The position numbers were made by a program, and so were the translations under genes. The notes under the pieces are model-generated. The model made no database searches, had not been told where the DNA came from, and was given only the letters and a program-made list of their open reading frames with translations. A stretch of DNA of 64,000 nt from assembly GCA_032718475.1 (NCBI GenBank), contig JAUCBJ010002641.1, positions 1-64,000 on the forward strand, given 5' to 3'. Below, piece after piece: positions 1-12,500 of the stretch. Every line of letters starts with the position of its first letter. Within the stretch, counting starts at the first letter, position 1. Source of the DNA: Nemertoderma westbladi (Eukaryota; Animalia; Xenacoelomorpha).

Positions 1-749
1 TGGAGAGCCTTCGGGAATTTCCTTGCAGGAGTTGGCAAGGACAAGAAGATCAGAACAACCATAGATCTGGAAGGAGCGGCCAAGGCAGTGATCCGCTAGG
101 AACAACGGAAGAACTATGGCGACGAGGTGGAACGCGTCGGTAACCAACAGCATCTCCGACGGGACAGCGAGTTGATTACGCTGTCGCCACAACTCAATGA
201 CGACGGGATTCTAGTAATGAATTCTAGGGTGGGATACAACAACAGCATAGTCGTACCACCGAAACCCATCATCATTCCCACAGGATCGCCAATAGTCCAC
301 CAGATCATCTGGGACTCCCACAAATCGATATTGCATGGGGGCACCAACCGAACCCTCACAGAGATAAGGAGGACCTATTGGGTCAAACAATTGAGGAAGA
401 AGGTAAAAGCGGTAGTGGGGCAGTGCCAGACCTGCCGACGAGCGAAGAAGGAGCGAGCCGTACAGGAGATGGCGCCACTACCGGCGAGTAGGGTAAGACA
501 GCACGACCCGCCATTTACGCATTGCGGTGTGGACATGTTCGGGCCGATAAAGATCAAAGTGATGCGACACACGGAGAAACGCTACGGCATCATCTTCGTA
601 TGCAACAACACACGGGCGGTAGGGATAGAACTCGCCCAAGATGCAACCGCATCAGCATTCATTAATGCCTTAGAAAGGTTTAGAGACCGCAAAGGTGGGA
701 CGATCGCAGTGATATACAGCGACAACGGCACCAACTTTGTGGGCGCAGA
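1..749 (+). pseudogene. Element A pol fragment: integrase zinc-binding domain and DDE core up to SDNGTNFVGA
   Basis: ORF 127-762 has HQIIWDSH..HGG..CQTC, GVDMFGP and YSDNGTNFVG. The sequence switches to LINE-a after nt 749. Confidence 0.9.
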
Positions 750-3700
750 TATGTTTATATAACATAATAACTAATATTTGGAACAAATTAAATATGTCAA
801 ATCAAAATAAAGATTGCTTTTTTAATAGGATTACAGTATACGGTAACTTAGCTCCCCCACCCCCCCCCCCCCCCCCCCCCGCATTGGAATAGTCCTATTA
901 TTCCATTTTTATATATATCGAAGGGGGCGAGGGTATTTTTCGCACTATTGCCAGTAACTGTCCTATTGTAGGCCCGGCCATTGGTAAAGGTATCCGCCAA
1001 CAATACGAGTATTCAATCCCCCTGCATATCTGTCCCCATTAACTGTGCTTTTTGCTTTTCCACTATTTCGGCAGCTGATTGCCATTTTTCGTGTTCTTTA
1101 TGCCAGTCAATTTTTCACCTCCAATGCGGTTCACATTTAAACACTTCAGATTTTCAGTCCCAAAATGTCAACAATTGTTTGTGTATTTTCTGTCAAATTG
1201 CTACATTTCCGTTCTCTAACATATCTAATCAAGATGAAGACATATTCTCAAATAATAATACATATCCACAAACACCACTAGATAGTGAGTCCCAAAACTT
1301 CAACCAAACTTTTTCAAACATTGATCCCGATCAAAACGTCACCAAATTAGCTTTTGATAAGGGGTCGCTCACTGCCGAATATTTCCAGTCTGAGTTTTCT
1401 TCCTCTAACTATAAAGACTCTTTTTCTGTTCTACACTTAAAGCTGTAGCTTACCCTTTAATTACGGTGCCATTAGCACTTTTCTTGATACCTTAAGCTTT
1501 AAATTCGATATTTTAACCTTTACTGAAACTTTTTTTAACTGTGATACCCCGTTAGATCTTTTTAAATTCAATGGCTACCACGACCGTCCGATTCTTACTA
1601 ATCGCCAGACTGGAAATACAAGGCGCGGTGGCACCGCTATCTACGTGAGCGAGTCTTTACAAATGTCTGAGTGTCCCGAGTTCCAAATTCCGGGGCTCGA
1701 GAACTCATGGATTAGAATTGCTAGACCTGGTACTAAATCTCTTATCATAGGCACTATCTACCGCACTGACGCGATTAAACCGACCGACTTCAATACGTTA
1801 CTTAATACTAATCTTACTAAACTTACTAATAATAACTGTGACACTATTATTACTGGAGATATCAACATTGACTTACTGAAAACTAGCAACAATAATACCC
1901 AGAAAGAATACATTAATTTACTCAACTCCTACGGATTCTTACAAATACTCAACCACCCTACTCGAATCGACCCAAAACGTAATTCCGAAACATTACTTGA
2001 CCACATTATCACAAACATTACTACTTCTGTCTCAAACGCTGGAACCTTTAACTGTAAAATCGGGAATTGCGACCACCGTGCAACTTTCATTGTTCTGCAA
2101 AAATTCAACTGCATCTTTAATAAACCTAAGAATTACACGAGCTTCGACTTTTCAAAATTCAACGAAAAAGATTTTTTACAGGATATTAAAACCAACGATT
2201 ACTGGAGTTACACTGACAATTCTATTCCCATTCAGCTAAAATTTGAACATTTTTATAAGGACCTCATAAAAATTTGTACCAATCACTTGCCATTGAAAAC
2301 TTATACTCATAAAACACGTCCCAACAACCCATGGATAACTGAGAATTTGCTTAAATCTATACGAACTAAAGAAAAACTGTACCGTAAATACATAAAAAAT
2401 AAAACTGAAACTAACCGCTTGCTGTTCAATTCTTACCGTAATCGTTTAACATCTACACTTAGGGCTGCTGAAAAAAAATATTACTCTAAGCAATTTGAAC
2501 AAAATTCCAACAATATCCGTAAAACATGGACTGTTATTAACTCCGTACTTCATAAATCTTCAGCGAAATTATCCCCAAAGAAACTAATCATTAAAACAAA
2601 TATCCATTCCAAAATTATTTCCAACCCTAAAGAAATTGCCGAAACGTTTAATAAACATTTTGCTACTGTAGGACCCAAACTGCAAAGTACTTTACCAACA
2701 CGACCTAGATCGTCCCCACTCCGCCATTTATCCCATACCCGACCTAATTCTTTCTCTCTGGCCGAAACATCTCCTCTTGAGGTACAATATAAAATTCTTC
2801 AACTTAAGCTTAATTGCAGTACTAACGATCCATTTCCCCCTTCACTTATTAGACTTGCCGCCGAACCTCTCTCCCACCATTTATGCTCTCTATTTAACCT
2901 TTCAATTTCGCATGGCTTTTTTCCAGACTCTTTAAAAACTGCCAAAGTCATTCCGGTTTACAAATCTGACGACCCGTACGATCCTAACAATTACCGTCCT
3001 ATTTCCCTTCTTCCAATCTTTAGCAAAATTCTAGAACAAATATTGAATGAACAACTACAATCTTACTTAAACAAATACAATATAATCACTCTATCACAAT
3101 ATGGATTCCGACCAAAAATTTCTACTGCTCATGCACTTCTCTCTATAACTGAACAGATCCACTCCATGTTTGACTCTCACTTTCATACTTGCGCTGTCTA
3201 TATAGATTTGAAAAAAGCCTTTGACACCGTGGACCACAGTATACTACTAAAGAAGCTGGAGGCCTATGGTGTCAGAGGCACCCCATTAAATCTTTTTAAA
3301 AATTTTTTAACCGACCGCTATCAATTTGTTACAATAGATGGTCAGAACTCTTCCCTCCTACCACTGTCTTGCGGTGTCCCCCAAGGTTCGGTCCTGTCCC
3401 CGACTCTCTTTCTTATTTTTATCAACGACCTACCGAATGTTACCAAGTTACTTTCGACACTCTTTGCTGACGATACAACTCTGTTAAACTCACATTCTAA
3501 CATTCACTACCTACTCAACAGCACGAACAATGAACTTTCAAAACTAAATAACTGGTTAACTGATAACAAACTTTTACTAAATTTAAAAAAAACTGAATAT
3601 ACCATTTTTACAAACAGTACCCTAATGACCTCCAATTCTGTACCACAAATAAAAATAGATAACACCCAAATAAATTTAACCGATAGCACTAAATTACTGG

Positions 3701-4581
3701 GGATATGGGTCGATTCAAAACTAACCTGGAAAACACACATTAATTATATTCTGAAAAAAATATCTAAATCTTCCGGAATTTTTTACAAACTGCGCTATGT
3801 ATTTCCTCTAAATATTCTTAAAACCTTATACTTTTCTTTAGTACATCCATACATTAACTACGGAATTATCTTGTGGGGTAATACATATTCAACAATACTT
3901 AAACCTTTACGAATCAAAGTTAATAAACTCTTACGTTGTATAACATTTTCCCACTATCGATCATCTTCTTTGCCGCTTTACAAAAAACTGAATATACTAC
4001 CCATTAACAAACTATACGAACACTCCGTCGCAAAATTCATGTACGATATTAACTCCGAAACTATATGTCCTTCTTCGACTCTTGGTAAACTATTCACTAA
4101 ACAATCTACTGTACACAACTACTATACTCGTTCTTCTGTTCGTGGCGACTTCACAACTCCTCTTTTTAATCTTAGCTCTTCCCAACGATCCCTGAGTTTT
4201 CGAGGTCCTGTCATTTGGAACTCGGTGCCACTCGACATTCGTTCAAAAAAATCAAAAAACAAATTTTCATCTGCTCTAAAAAGGTCAATTTTTTCCAATT
4301 TATTACAATGATAACAGCTCGGTCTAAAATATTTTCCTAATAAACATTTGAATATCCTCTTAGTCACATTTTTTATACCTACTGTTCGTTCTTATATTTC
4401 GATCTTCCACCACTTTCTTTTCTTGTAATGGTTATTCTCTGTTTGTTTCAACAATTTTTATTTTCTTTCTTTAATATTGTCTCTTGCTCTTTATTACCCG
4501 AGGTGAAAAATAGATGGTTACTGAAGATTTAAGTTTTACAATATATTTCTAAATTATTCAAAATTATAAGCAAATAGCACG

Positions 4582-4612
<31 letters not shown>

Positions 4613-4769
4613 TACTGTAAAAAGTGTCCACCCTCGCAGCACTAGCTCTGCTATCAGCAAGGGTGGGGCTTTATGTTGATTTATTTTTATTATGGTTCTT
4701 GTTTGTTAAAGTATCTATGTACTATGCAGTAGGAGAATGAAATATAATAAACTTGAACTTAAACTTGAA
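750..4769 (+). mobile_element. CR1/L2-group non-LTR retrotransposon (LINE-a) inserted in the integrase of A
   Basis: APE + RT ORF, 3' UTR with a poly-C tract and a stem-loop, and an (AACTTG)-like tail at ~4750-4769. CAGA is present at both junctions (746-749, 4770-4773); removing the insert restores in-frame NFVGAESEMAEAL. Confidence 0.9.
981..4311 (+). CDS. LINE-a polyprotein: PHD-like finger + AP endonuclease + reverse transcriptase (one frameshift near 1440)
   Basis: CAFC..CSLC..HLQC..CIFC (C4HC3) in 981-1448. The APE start FSVLHL continues in another frame as KFDILTFTET, then GDINID and LLDHI. RT motifs NYRPISLL, QYGFR, DLKKAFDTVDH, GVPQGSVLSP and LFADD are in 1645-4311. Confidence 0.88.
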
Positions 4770-5452
4770 CAGAGAGTGAGATGGCAGAGGCCTTGGACAT
4801 CTTGGAGGGAGAAGAAGTCAGGGCAGCCATGAGACGACGACAAGTTAAGTGGGAGAGAAGGACGCCATATGCACCACATACACTAGGATGCGTCGAGAGA
4901 CTCGTGGGTAGTTCAAAGCGTCTAATGACGAAGCTAATGAACACCCACATGGTCACTGAGGACGTTTTACGGACAGTACTTGCGAAGTGCGAGGGGATCA
5001 TTAATAGCAGACCGCTATATCCGGAGAACGATGACCCTGAGTCGTTAGACGTGCTGACGCCTAGCCATTTCCTGATGGAAAGGCCAGCGACCATCGATAT
5101 GCGGGGTGTAGACCCAGATGACATACACTCCCGCCAAAGTTGGAAAGTCACTAAAGCAATAAGCGCAGAGTATTGGAGGAGGTGGGTCGAGGAATACCTA
5201 CCCACGCTCCATAAGCGAAGCAAGTGGAGGAAGCCGAACAGGGAGTTAAGAGTAGGAGATCTCGTAATCGTCACGGATGATACTATCATCAACAACCAGT
5301 GGCGGTTGGCGAGAGTTGTAGGCACCTACTCCAATGAGGACGGAAGAGTCCGATCGGTAGAAGTGCGGATAGGTGGTAAGATAGGTGCGAAGGACAGGAA
5401 AACCTACAGGAGAGCAGTAGGCAAATGCTGTCTGCTAGAAGGAGCACCTTAA
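4770..5452 (+). pseudogene. Element A pol: integrase C-terminal half (BEL/Pao C-terminal domain)
   Basis: ERLV, INSRPL, LTPSHFL, EYLPTLHKRSKW, VGDLV, DGRVRSV; continues the frame broken at 749. Confidence 0.9.
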
Positions 5453-5507
5453 CTTGGAGTTAGAGTAGAGTTTAGTCGTCCAAGATTTGGACTGAGGGGG
5501 GTGGGAT

Positions 5508-6094
5508 TGAGGGCGAGACGCCCTTCCCACACAAATAAAATAAAAATAAAATAAAAATAATAAGTACACAGTAGGTACGCAGTTAGTAGGCAGAAGTTAA
5601 TTAAGAGGTACGTAATACCTAGTTAGTTAGTTAGTTAGTTAGGAGGTACGTAGTACCGATAGTTAGTTAGAGAGTTAGAGGGTACGTAAGTACCGCTAGT
5701 TAGTTAGAGAGTTAGAGGGTACGTAAGTACCGCTAGTTAGTTAGAGAGTTAGAGGGTACGTAAGTACCGTTAGTTAGTTAGAGAGTTAGAGGGTACGTAA
5801 GTACCATTAGTTAGTTAGAGAGTTAGAGGGTACGTAGTACCGTTAGAGAAGAGTTAGAATTAGGGTACGTAGTACCGTTAGTTAGAGAAGAGTTAGAGGG
5901 TACGTAGTACCGTTAGTTAGAGGAGAGTTAGAGGGTATGTAGTACCGTTAGAGAAGAGTTAGAGTTAGGGTACGTAGTACCGTTAGTTAGAGGAGAGTTA
6001 GAGGGTACGTAGTACCGTTAGTTAGAGAAGAGTTAGAGTTAGAGGGTACGTAGTACCGTTAGTTAGAGAGAGAGAGTAAGAGGTAGAAGGGTAT
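5508..6094 (+). repeat. Element A 3' LTR, left part, containing a ~30-40 bp minisatellite (GTACGTAGTACCGTTAGTTAGAGAGTTAGAGG variants, ~5585-6066)
   Basis: Follows a hairpin (GTCCAA-GAT-TTGGAC) and a purine tract; the tandem units are directly visible. Confidence 0.75.
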
Positions 6095-7303
6095 TGTAAA
6101 AGCTTTTGTGGGATAACTGATTCGTTTGCCTTGCCAACCAGTTCCCCCCCTGTCACTGAATACTCTAAAAAGGGATACCTAGCTAGAATAGTGTAAGCTA
6201 CCAGCTTATTGGCTGATGTGCTGTACGGAAGTATCTGGGCTCCGTTTAATCGGCCAACCAGCTTAGGGAGGTTGCCTCAGCCCTGCTGTCCTTATCGGCC
6301 AATAGAATTTGAGTGGGCGTTGATTTCGACCTATCCAGAGCTACTGAACTGAAATTTTCCTATCTCACTGCTCATCCTCTGTGTTGAACGGGAGCTTCGT
6401 GGAATAAGTGTAGTTGGTATTCTCGTATAGAGTAGTCACGAGTTTTTCAAAGCCACGAAAGAACGGCTTTATAGTGTTTTGTGCTTTTCTGCTTTTTAGC
6501 TCAACACTAGTAGGTTTAATTATAAGGACATATATCCTTTAACTAACCATACCGGACTGCATACCAAACGCACGGCATACTACTGACTGCTGAAACATTG
6601 CAAACTCATAACAATTAGTGTTCAGTTGTTGTTTTATACTGCTATTTACTGTCAGTTCTTCATAATATGGTTGATGAATTATTATATTTGGAATAACGAT
6701 AAATAACCCCGAAACCCAATATTCTTGATATACCGAAGGTAAGAGAGAAAGGTTACAGATAAACGATTGTGACTTATGTTAAAGTGGTTTGAAGTGAATC
6801 GAATGTTATTTGATAGACCCTACATGAGTCAGTCCGTGTTCCTTTTATATGTGACTAAAATCAGTGAAGACCGGCAGATTAGTGTGCAGTATTGTGCAGC
6901 ATTGTGTATGAGTGAGTCTGTTAAAGAAGCATTTCCTAAAGAATGCGCCATATATGTTAATTATAACTAAACCATATCGTTGTGAGTAGTTTAAGTCATA
7001 ACTCTGTTTATATAGATAGAGCGCCACGTCCTAAAGGAACTGTTAATATTCCCCGAAGGTGAATAATATTGTCAGAGATTATATAATACTGTCAGTCGAA
7101 TAATACATTAGGCTTACATAGCAATAAGATTAAACCGTCGAACCCAATCTCCCGGGTATAACCAGCGGGTGAATGATCGCGCACGGATTGGTTTCGACTA
7201 GTGTAGTGAATCAAATACTTGTCGTAGGCTAAAAAGCGATTTAATATCTAGAAGACATCATAATTTGGCGGGTTAAACTGCCAAAGGTCTGAAAGCGCGA
7301 ACA
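6095..7303 (+). repeat. Element B 5' LTR (1209 bp)
   Basis: Starts TGTAAAAGC. Ends GCGCGAACA, the same sequence that abuts the TSD at 23117. Confidence 0.85.
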
Positions 7304-7317
7304 TTAAAGGATATATG
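7304..7317 (+). promoter_or_regulatory. Putative non-tRNA primer-binding site of B, complementary to LTR nt 6529-6542
   Basis: TTAAAGGATATATG directly after the LTR is the exact reverse complement of CATATATCCTTTAA. No TGG-type tRNA PBS is present. Confidence 0.6.
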
Positions 7318-7372
7318 CTTCTTTATTGCAGTAAGCAATAAAGTTGAAAATACCGGTCAACCGGTAAACTTG

Positions 7373-8260
7373 AACCGGTACTTCTGTAGGTCAGTAGGCC
7401 CAACTGCCAGAACCGGTACTGCTGTAGGCCCGTAGGTCCAACTGCCAGAACCGGTACTTCTGTAGGTCCGTAGGCCTAACTGTCCTAACCGGTACTTCCG
7501 TATAAGTACATTAGTATTATTCGATTTGATTGTTGTATACCGGTAGGTCTTAGTACTTAATCAGGGAACGGCCGCCCTGGTTTTTTATTGAGATTTTACT
7601 TATTTCTGTCAAGTTTTATTTGTTTGTAGGCCAGTATTGAACAGAAGACGTGTAAGCCTGATCAGATTGTACAGACAATTTGTAGGCTGAGCTGTTGTCT
7701 GATTGCTGTTAGGTCTGAACGGATTACAGTGTGTGTAGAGCACCTGTCCGATTAAGTACGGTTAGGAAGTAGGGGCAGCGAATGCTGTAAGGTAAACCCC
7801 CAATTAAAGAATAAGTCGTACTACTGGGTTAGAACGCATACTGCCTAATCATTTCGGAGTCTGCATGTCCTGTAGTTTATTTAGGCTTGAGAGTAGTCTG
7901 CCATCGTTTAGTTTGTACTTTGTTTGTGTAAGTCCGTACGGGTAGCGTATAATTTTATTTAGATATTTTGTAGGCTGGATAGTTGTCTGGCTGTTGTTGG
8001 GTCTGAACGGATTGCAGCGTGTGTAGATCACTTGTCCGATAAAGAACGGTTAGGAAGTAGGGGCAGCGAATGCTGTAAGGTAAACCCCCAATTAAAGAAT
8101 AAGTCGTACTACTGGGTTAGAACGCATACTACCTAATTATTTCGGAGTCTGCATATACCGTAGTTTGTTTAGGCTTGATAGTAGTCTGTCAGTGTTCGGT
8201 CTGCATTTTGTTTGAGTAGTTTGTACGCGTAGCGTAATATTTATTATTCAGAGTTTATGC
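7373..8260 (+). repeat. Tandem repeats in the B leader: ~39-bp units with ACCGGTA (7373-7500) and a ~289-bp duplication (~7681-8260)
   Basis: Directly visible; also present in the 3' copy at offset +14531. Confidence 0.85.
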
Positions 8261-9552
8261 GATTATCCGCAACATTCATTCCCCAAGTTTGTTCCTACAG
8301 TAATTGTGTTTGTTATACATACCGTTATAGTCAAATTAACCCCGGTACTACACGGGCTGCTAGGCGTAGGTAAAGACTGGTGATTTTGTGCACTGGTTAC
8401 TCCAGCAGATGCCGTGGTTCTTTTAGCTGTTCAAGTATATTTAACTACTGATTATCTGTTGTACAAGTACTCGTACCTAATTTAGGGTTTAGTGTACAGT
8501 GCTTTCCGAAAGTAATTATTGTAGGCATTATATTTGTGTTGTAAAGTGGTTGATAGGCACCTTCGATTAGCTCTATTAACTTCTAGGTAGGAACACTCCG
8601 TGATACATAACGTAGAACCTATAGCGATACGGCTATAGGTCGTCAGGCGGTGGTATTTTCCTATCTAGACAACGCAGTGTATTTACTGCTACTTATTATT
8701 TTCAAATACCGTAGTACCCTGTCCGTTGTAATAACCAGATTCTAACCCTTTGTTAGGCTGGTTTGTAGACTTCTTGTAAAATTACCCTAAAAATTCGTAT
8801 TTTGTGTTTTTGTAAATTTTTGTGTTTATTTAGAGATTGTAATCTCAACCCGAATCGTACGTAATTTGTAGTATTAAGTAACTTAGGTAAATTAGAATTA
8901 TTTGTTTTAGTGTCCTATAAGTAACACTTCACTGAAAGCGTACCGCTTTGTGCAGTGATTACCCCCCTGAAATAATAACATTTATTTCAACATTGCCAAA
9001 ACCCATTAAAACGGGTATATATATTATAAATCAAATCTAGCGATTTATAAATAGTAGGCCTACCATATAACCATTAGGTCTCAATATCAGTTGGACTACT
9101 GCTCAAATAACGGTAATAAAGTAAGTAAAGTAACAAAGTAACCCTAAAATTCAGAAATTCAATTATTTAAAATAATTGATATACCGGTATTTACGATAGG
9201 CCTATTATCTTTATTTCTATAAATTTAGGCTGAAATTATACCGGTACTTGTAATTAATTCTAGTTCAGAATTATATATACTACAAACTGTAAGCTGTATA
9301 CCGGTATTCCCGATAGGCCTATTATATATTTATATATATTTGTGCTAAAATTATACCGGTATTCTGAGACAAACCTAGTCTGTAATAATACTTATATATA
9401 CTATAAGCATACCGGTATTCTAATATATTATATATACCACGCTGCATTGATTAGCAGTATCGGTAGTTAATTACTAGGCTAGTAGTTAATACTGAATTAC
9501 TAGACTTGCTTAGACTGTAATATAGCAGTAGGCATTCAACTGTACAACAAAT

Positions 9553-12500
9553 ATGTCTGATACTAAGCAGAACCTGTCAGACAGTCTATTAGATGTAACT
9601 ATCTGCGACTCAGATAGAGGTGTAGAACCCTCTAGTCGTAAGTCCAGTTCACCTCCCACTGTGAGGAAGGTCATCCCTCCAGTAGTAATAACAGAACCTA
9701 GGCTAGTCCAACATCGTAGGTCTATCATAGGCACTCGAGCTCAGGTCAAGCGGGACCAAGAAGCAGCGGAACAGCAACAACCCGCGAGTCAAGAACTTAT
9801 TACTCAGCGGCCCAGCAGCTCCAGTAGTGAGGATACTGTAGAGCTGACACCCGAGCGCGGAGCAGAGATGACGAACGTGGTTTATACTGATCCCCTTCTC
9901 ATCCTTCCTGCAGCCGTACTCACTAGGTTATTGATCGCGGTGGAAGAACACCAGATCGATTGGGCGAGAAGTCAACGACCAACTAGAGATAGTTATGCGG
10001 GATACACGAGTGAAGAACTGAAGTCTATTGTCGAGTCGCAATGGAACTTCCCCGGACCCGGACTCCCGTTTGATTTATCAGAAGCTGCCTGGGAAGACAT
10101 ACACTGGATGGGAGTAGCCAAGGAAACCATCGATCCAGCTGTATGGAAGAGGTCCGCAGCCGGATACGCACAAGGATTCTTCAGCTCTATGGAGCGAGTA
10201 GAAAAACAACTGTTTCAACAACCTCAAGGACCTCAAGAGCAGGGATCGCTGCTTTATCAAGTTAGAGAAAGAGTTCTGCGAATTAGGCTAATCTTATCCG
10301 CCTTTGAGGAGGCTTCTAAAAGAAGACAAGACACGTCGTTGCAAGTTGCCGTAAAGACTTGGTTTCAACGGGTGAGTCGCCAGGTTCAAGGAGCAGCTCA
10401 GTGGAAAGCTCAGTTGGAGGAGCGCTCAACCCATGGAGAATCAACGGACGCTACTTTTTCCCAAGTGGAAAGTGAAGCGACGGCAGAGAAACCGCATAAG
10501 AAGGATGCCATTGACATCTATCTGTCAGACTATCAGCGCTTTGTAGGAGACGCAGAGTTGAGGAGAAGGTTAGAGGGACTTAGCCCTAATAGCAAAGGAG
10601 CCAAACTTGTGTTGGATGCAATTGATGTGGATAGGTTAGCGGCGAATCAAGCTAAATTCGATGAACAACTCCGCATCGCTAGAGAAAAGGAAGAACAAGT
10701 AAGGAAAAAACGTATAGAAGACAGAAAGATAGCAGCCGTGGCAGAAGCAGAAAGAAAGGCGACCTTGGCAGAAGCAGTGGCAGAGGCAAAAGCGGCAGCG
10801 GCAGAAGCAAAAGCGGCAGCGGTGGCAGAAGCAGAACGGAGAGCAGCTGAAGAAACCATCCAATTAGAATTGGAAAACATTCAGGAGAATCAAGACTGCA
10901 TAAATAAACAGTTAACAGCTAGTAATATGCAGATGATGAATCGATCTACTCCCAAACGACAGGGATATACATCATCTGAGGAAGGCGATACCACCGATAC
11001 TGAAGGCAAAGGAAATAGATCTCGTCTAAGCAGACGTAAAAGAACATTCCACCGTCAGAAATTGCCTGATTTGCCTCCAGCTGTTAGAAGGCAACTAAAT
11101 AGCACCAACTTAGGTAGTACAGAACCCACAGACCAAATAATTAAAATCGAAAGACTCCCTACTATAGTAGATGAGCCTGAAACAATTAGGCCTGTTCTCG
11201 AAATCACCCCTTCGGTGATAGACACACCTGTACTCCCTGAAGTTACCTCTAAATTCCCTCTACATAGCACTAAGCTAACTGTGCCCCGTAGAACTGCCCA
11301 GGAGACAGTTCAGGTCCTGGATCCCGAGCGAAATATTCATAATTTGTCGCCCGTTGTCCCTCGTCCGCCCGCTACATCGTTGGCGACTCCCGCTTCTGCG
11401 GTCGAATGGGTGGACGAGATACGGCGGGGTATGGATATCCTGCTCGGGCAGATGCAGGAGGCTGTCCAGCAATTTAAGGGCACGGTAAGGGAAAGTAGAC
11501 TAGAGTTGCAAGAAGTGCAGCAAAGTATCGCGTTGGAACGCGATAAATTAGTAAATACGCAAAGGGGTATACCACCACCCCCTGTAACAATGTGTCAACC
11601 CGTTAGGTCTGAAGTATCTCATGCGCAAGGTGTGGAGCCTACACGCATCTATACTGCTAGCGAAGTAGAAACTCCTATAGTGAACCCTATTAAGGGTAAT
11701 TATAGACCTGTTGATAATGATATTCCCTATAGACCGGATCATAATCCGAGAAATTTATATACCGATAACTCGATATTAAATAACACGATGGCCCAAGAAA
11801 GTTTTACGCGTCAAATGGCTAGAACCGAAGCCCGGCAAGCGGTAAAGGTTGGAGAGATCGTCAAGTTCAATGGAGATGAGATGAAATGGTTACCTTTTAA
11901 TGAATATTACAAAGATAACATACAGAACTCTGTACTGTCGAATGGAGAGAAACTTAGGTTCCTCATAGAGTGCTTGGAAGGATCTCCCAAGTTAATGGCG
12001 TTAAAGTTTATTGGACATCCAGACGGATTAAGACAAGTTTGGGATACACTAAACATCAGGTATGGTAATAGGAATAATATCGCTAAGTATTTATATGCAA
12101 AATTAGTAGCGCCCAGAAAGTTCATCAGCAGTGGGATAATAGAGTTTTCCGATGAGATTCAAGAGATCTGTAGACAATTAGATTGGTTAGGTAAGTCTCA
12201 TGAATACCAAAGTTCTATGGTCATTGGAGCTGTGGCTTCTACTTTACCGAAAGGTGGGGTAGGCACACGCTGGGATAAGAAAGTACTATATATGATGGAA
12301 CAACAACGACGAGACCCTACCATGGCAGATCTCATGTCATTCCTGGATGGAGAAGTGAAATTACAGCTCCTGAAACTGTCCAGAGAGAAGACACCGGAAA
12401 ACAAGGTAAGTGAAAAACCCGTCTCTAGGAGAAAAGTAACACCAGTGTGTTATACAGACGACGGCGAAAGCCAGACTTCTCAAGGAGAAGATAGCGGGAA

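Noticed and set aside
5585-6066. CRISPR-like appearance of the regular repeats
   Set aside because: No unique spacers and no cas genes; this is a minisatellite in a eukaryotic LTR.
6513-6522. GGTTTAATTA equals the first 10 nt of nematode SL1
   Set aside because: Short AT-rich match that does not extend; no SL RNA features.
6776-8031. Small 60-64 aa ORFs duplicated at 21307-22562
   Set aside because: Duplicated only because they lie in the repeated LTR/leader; no coding signal.
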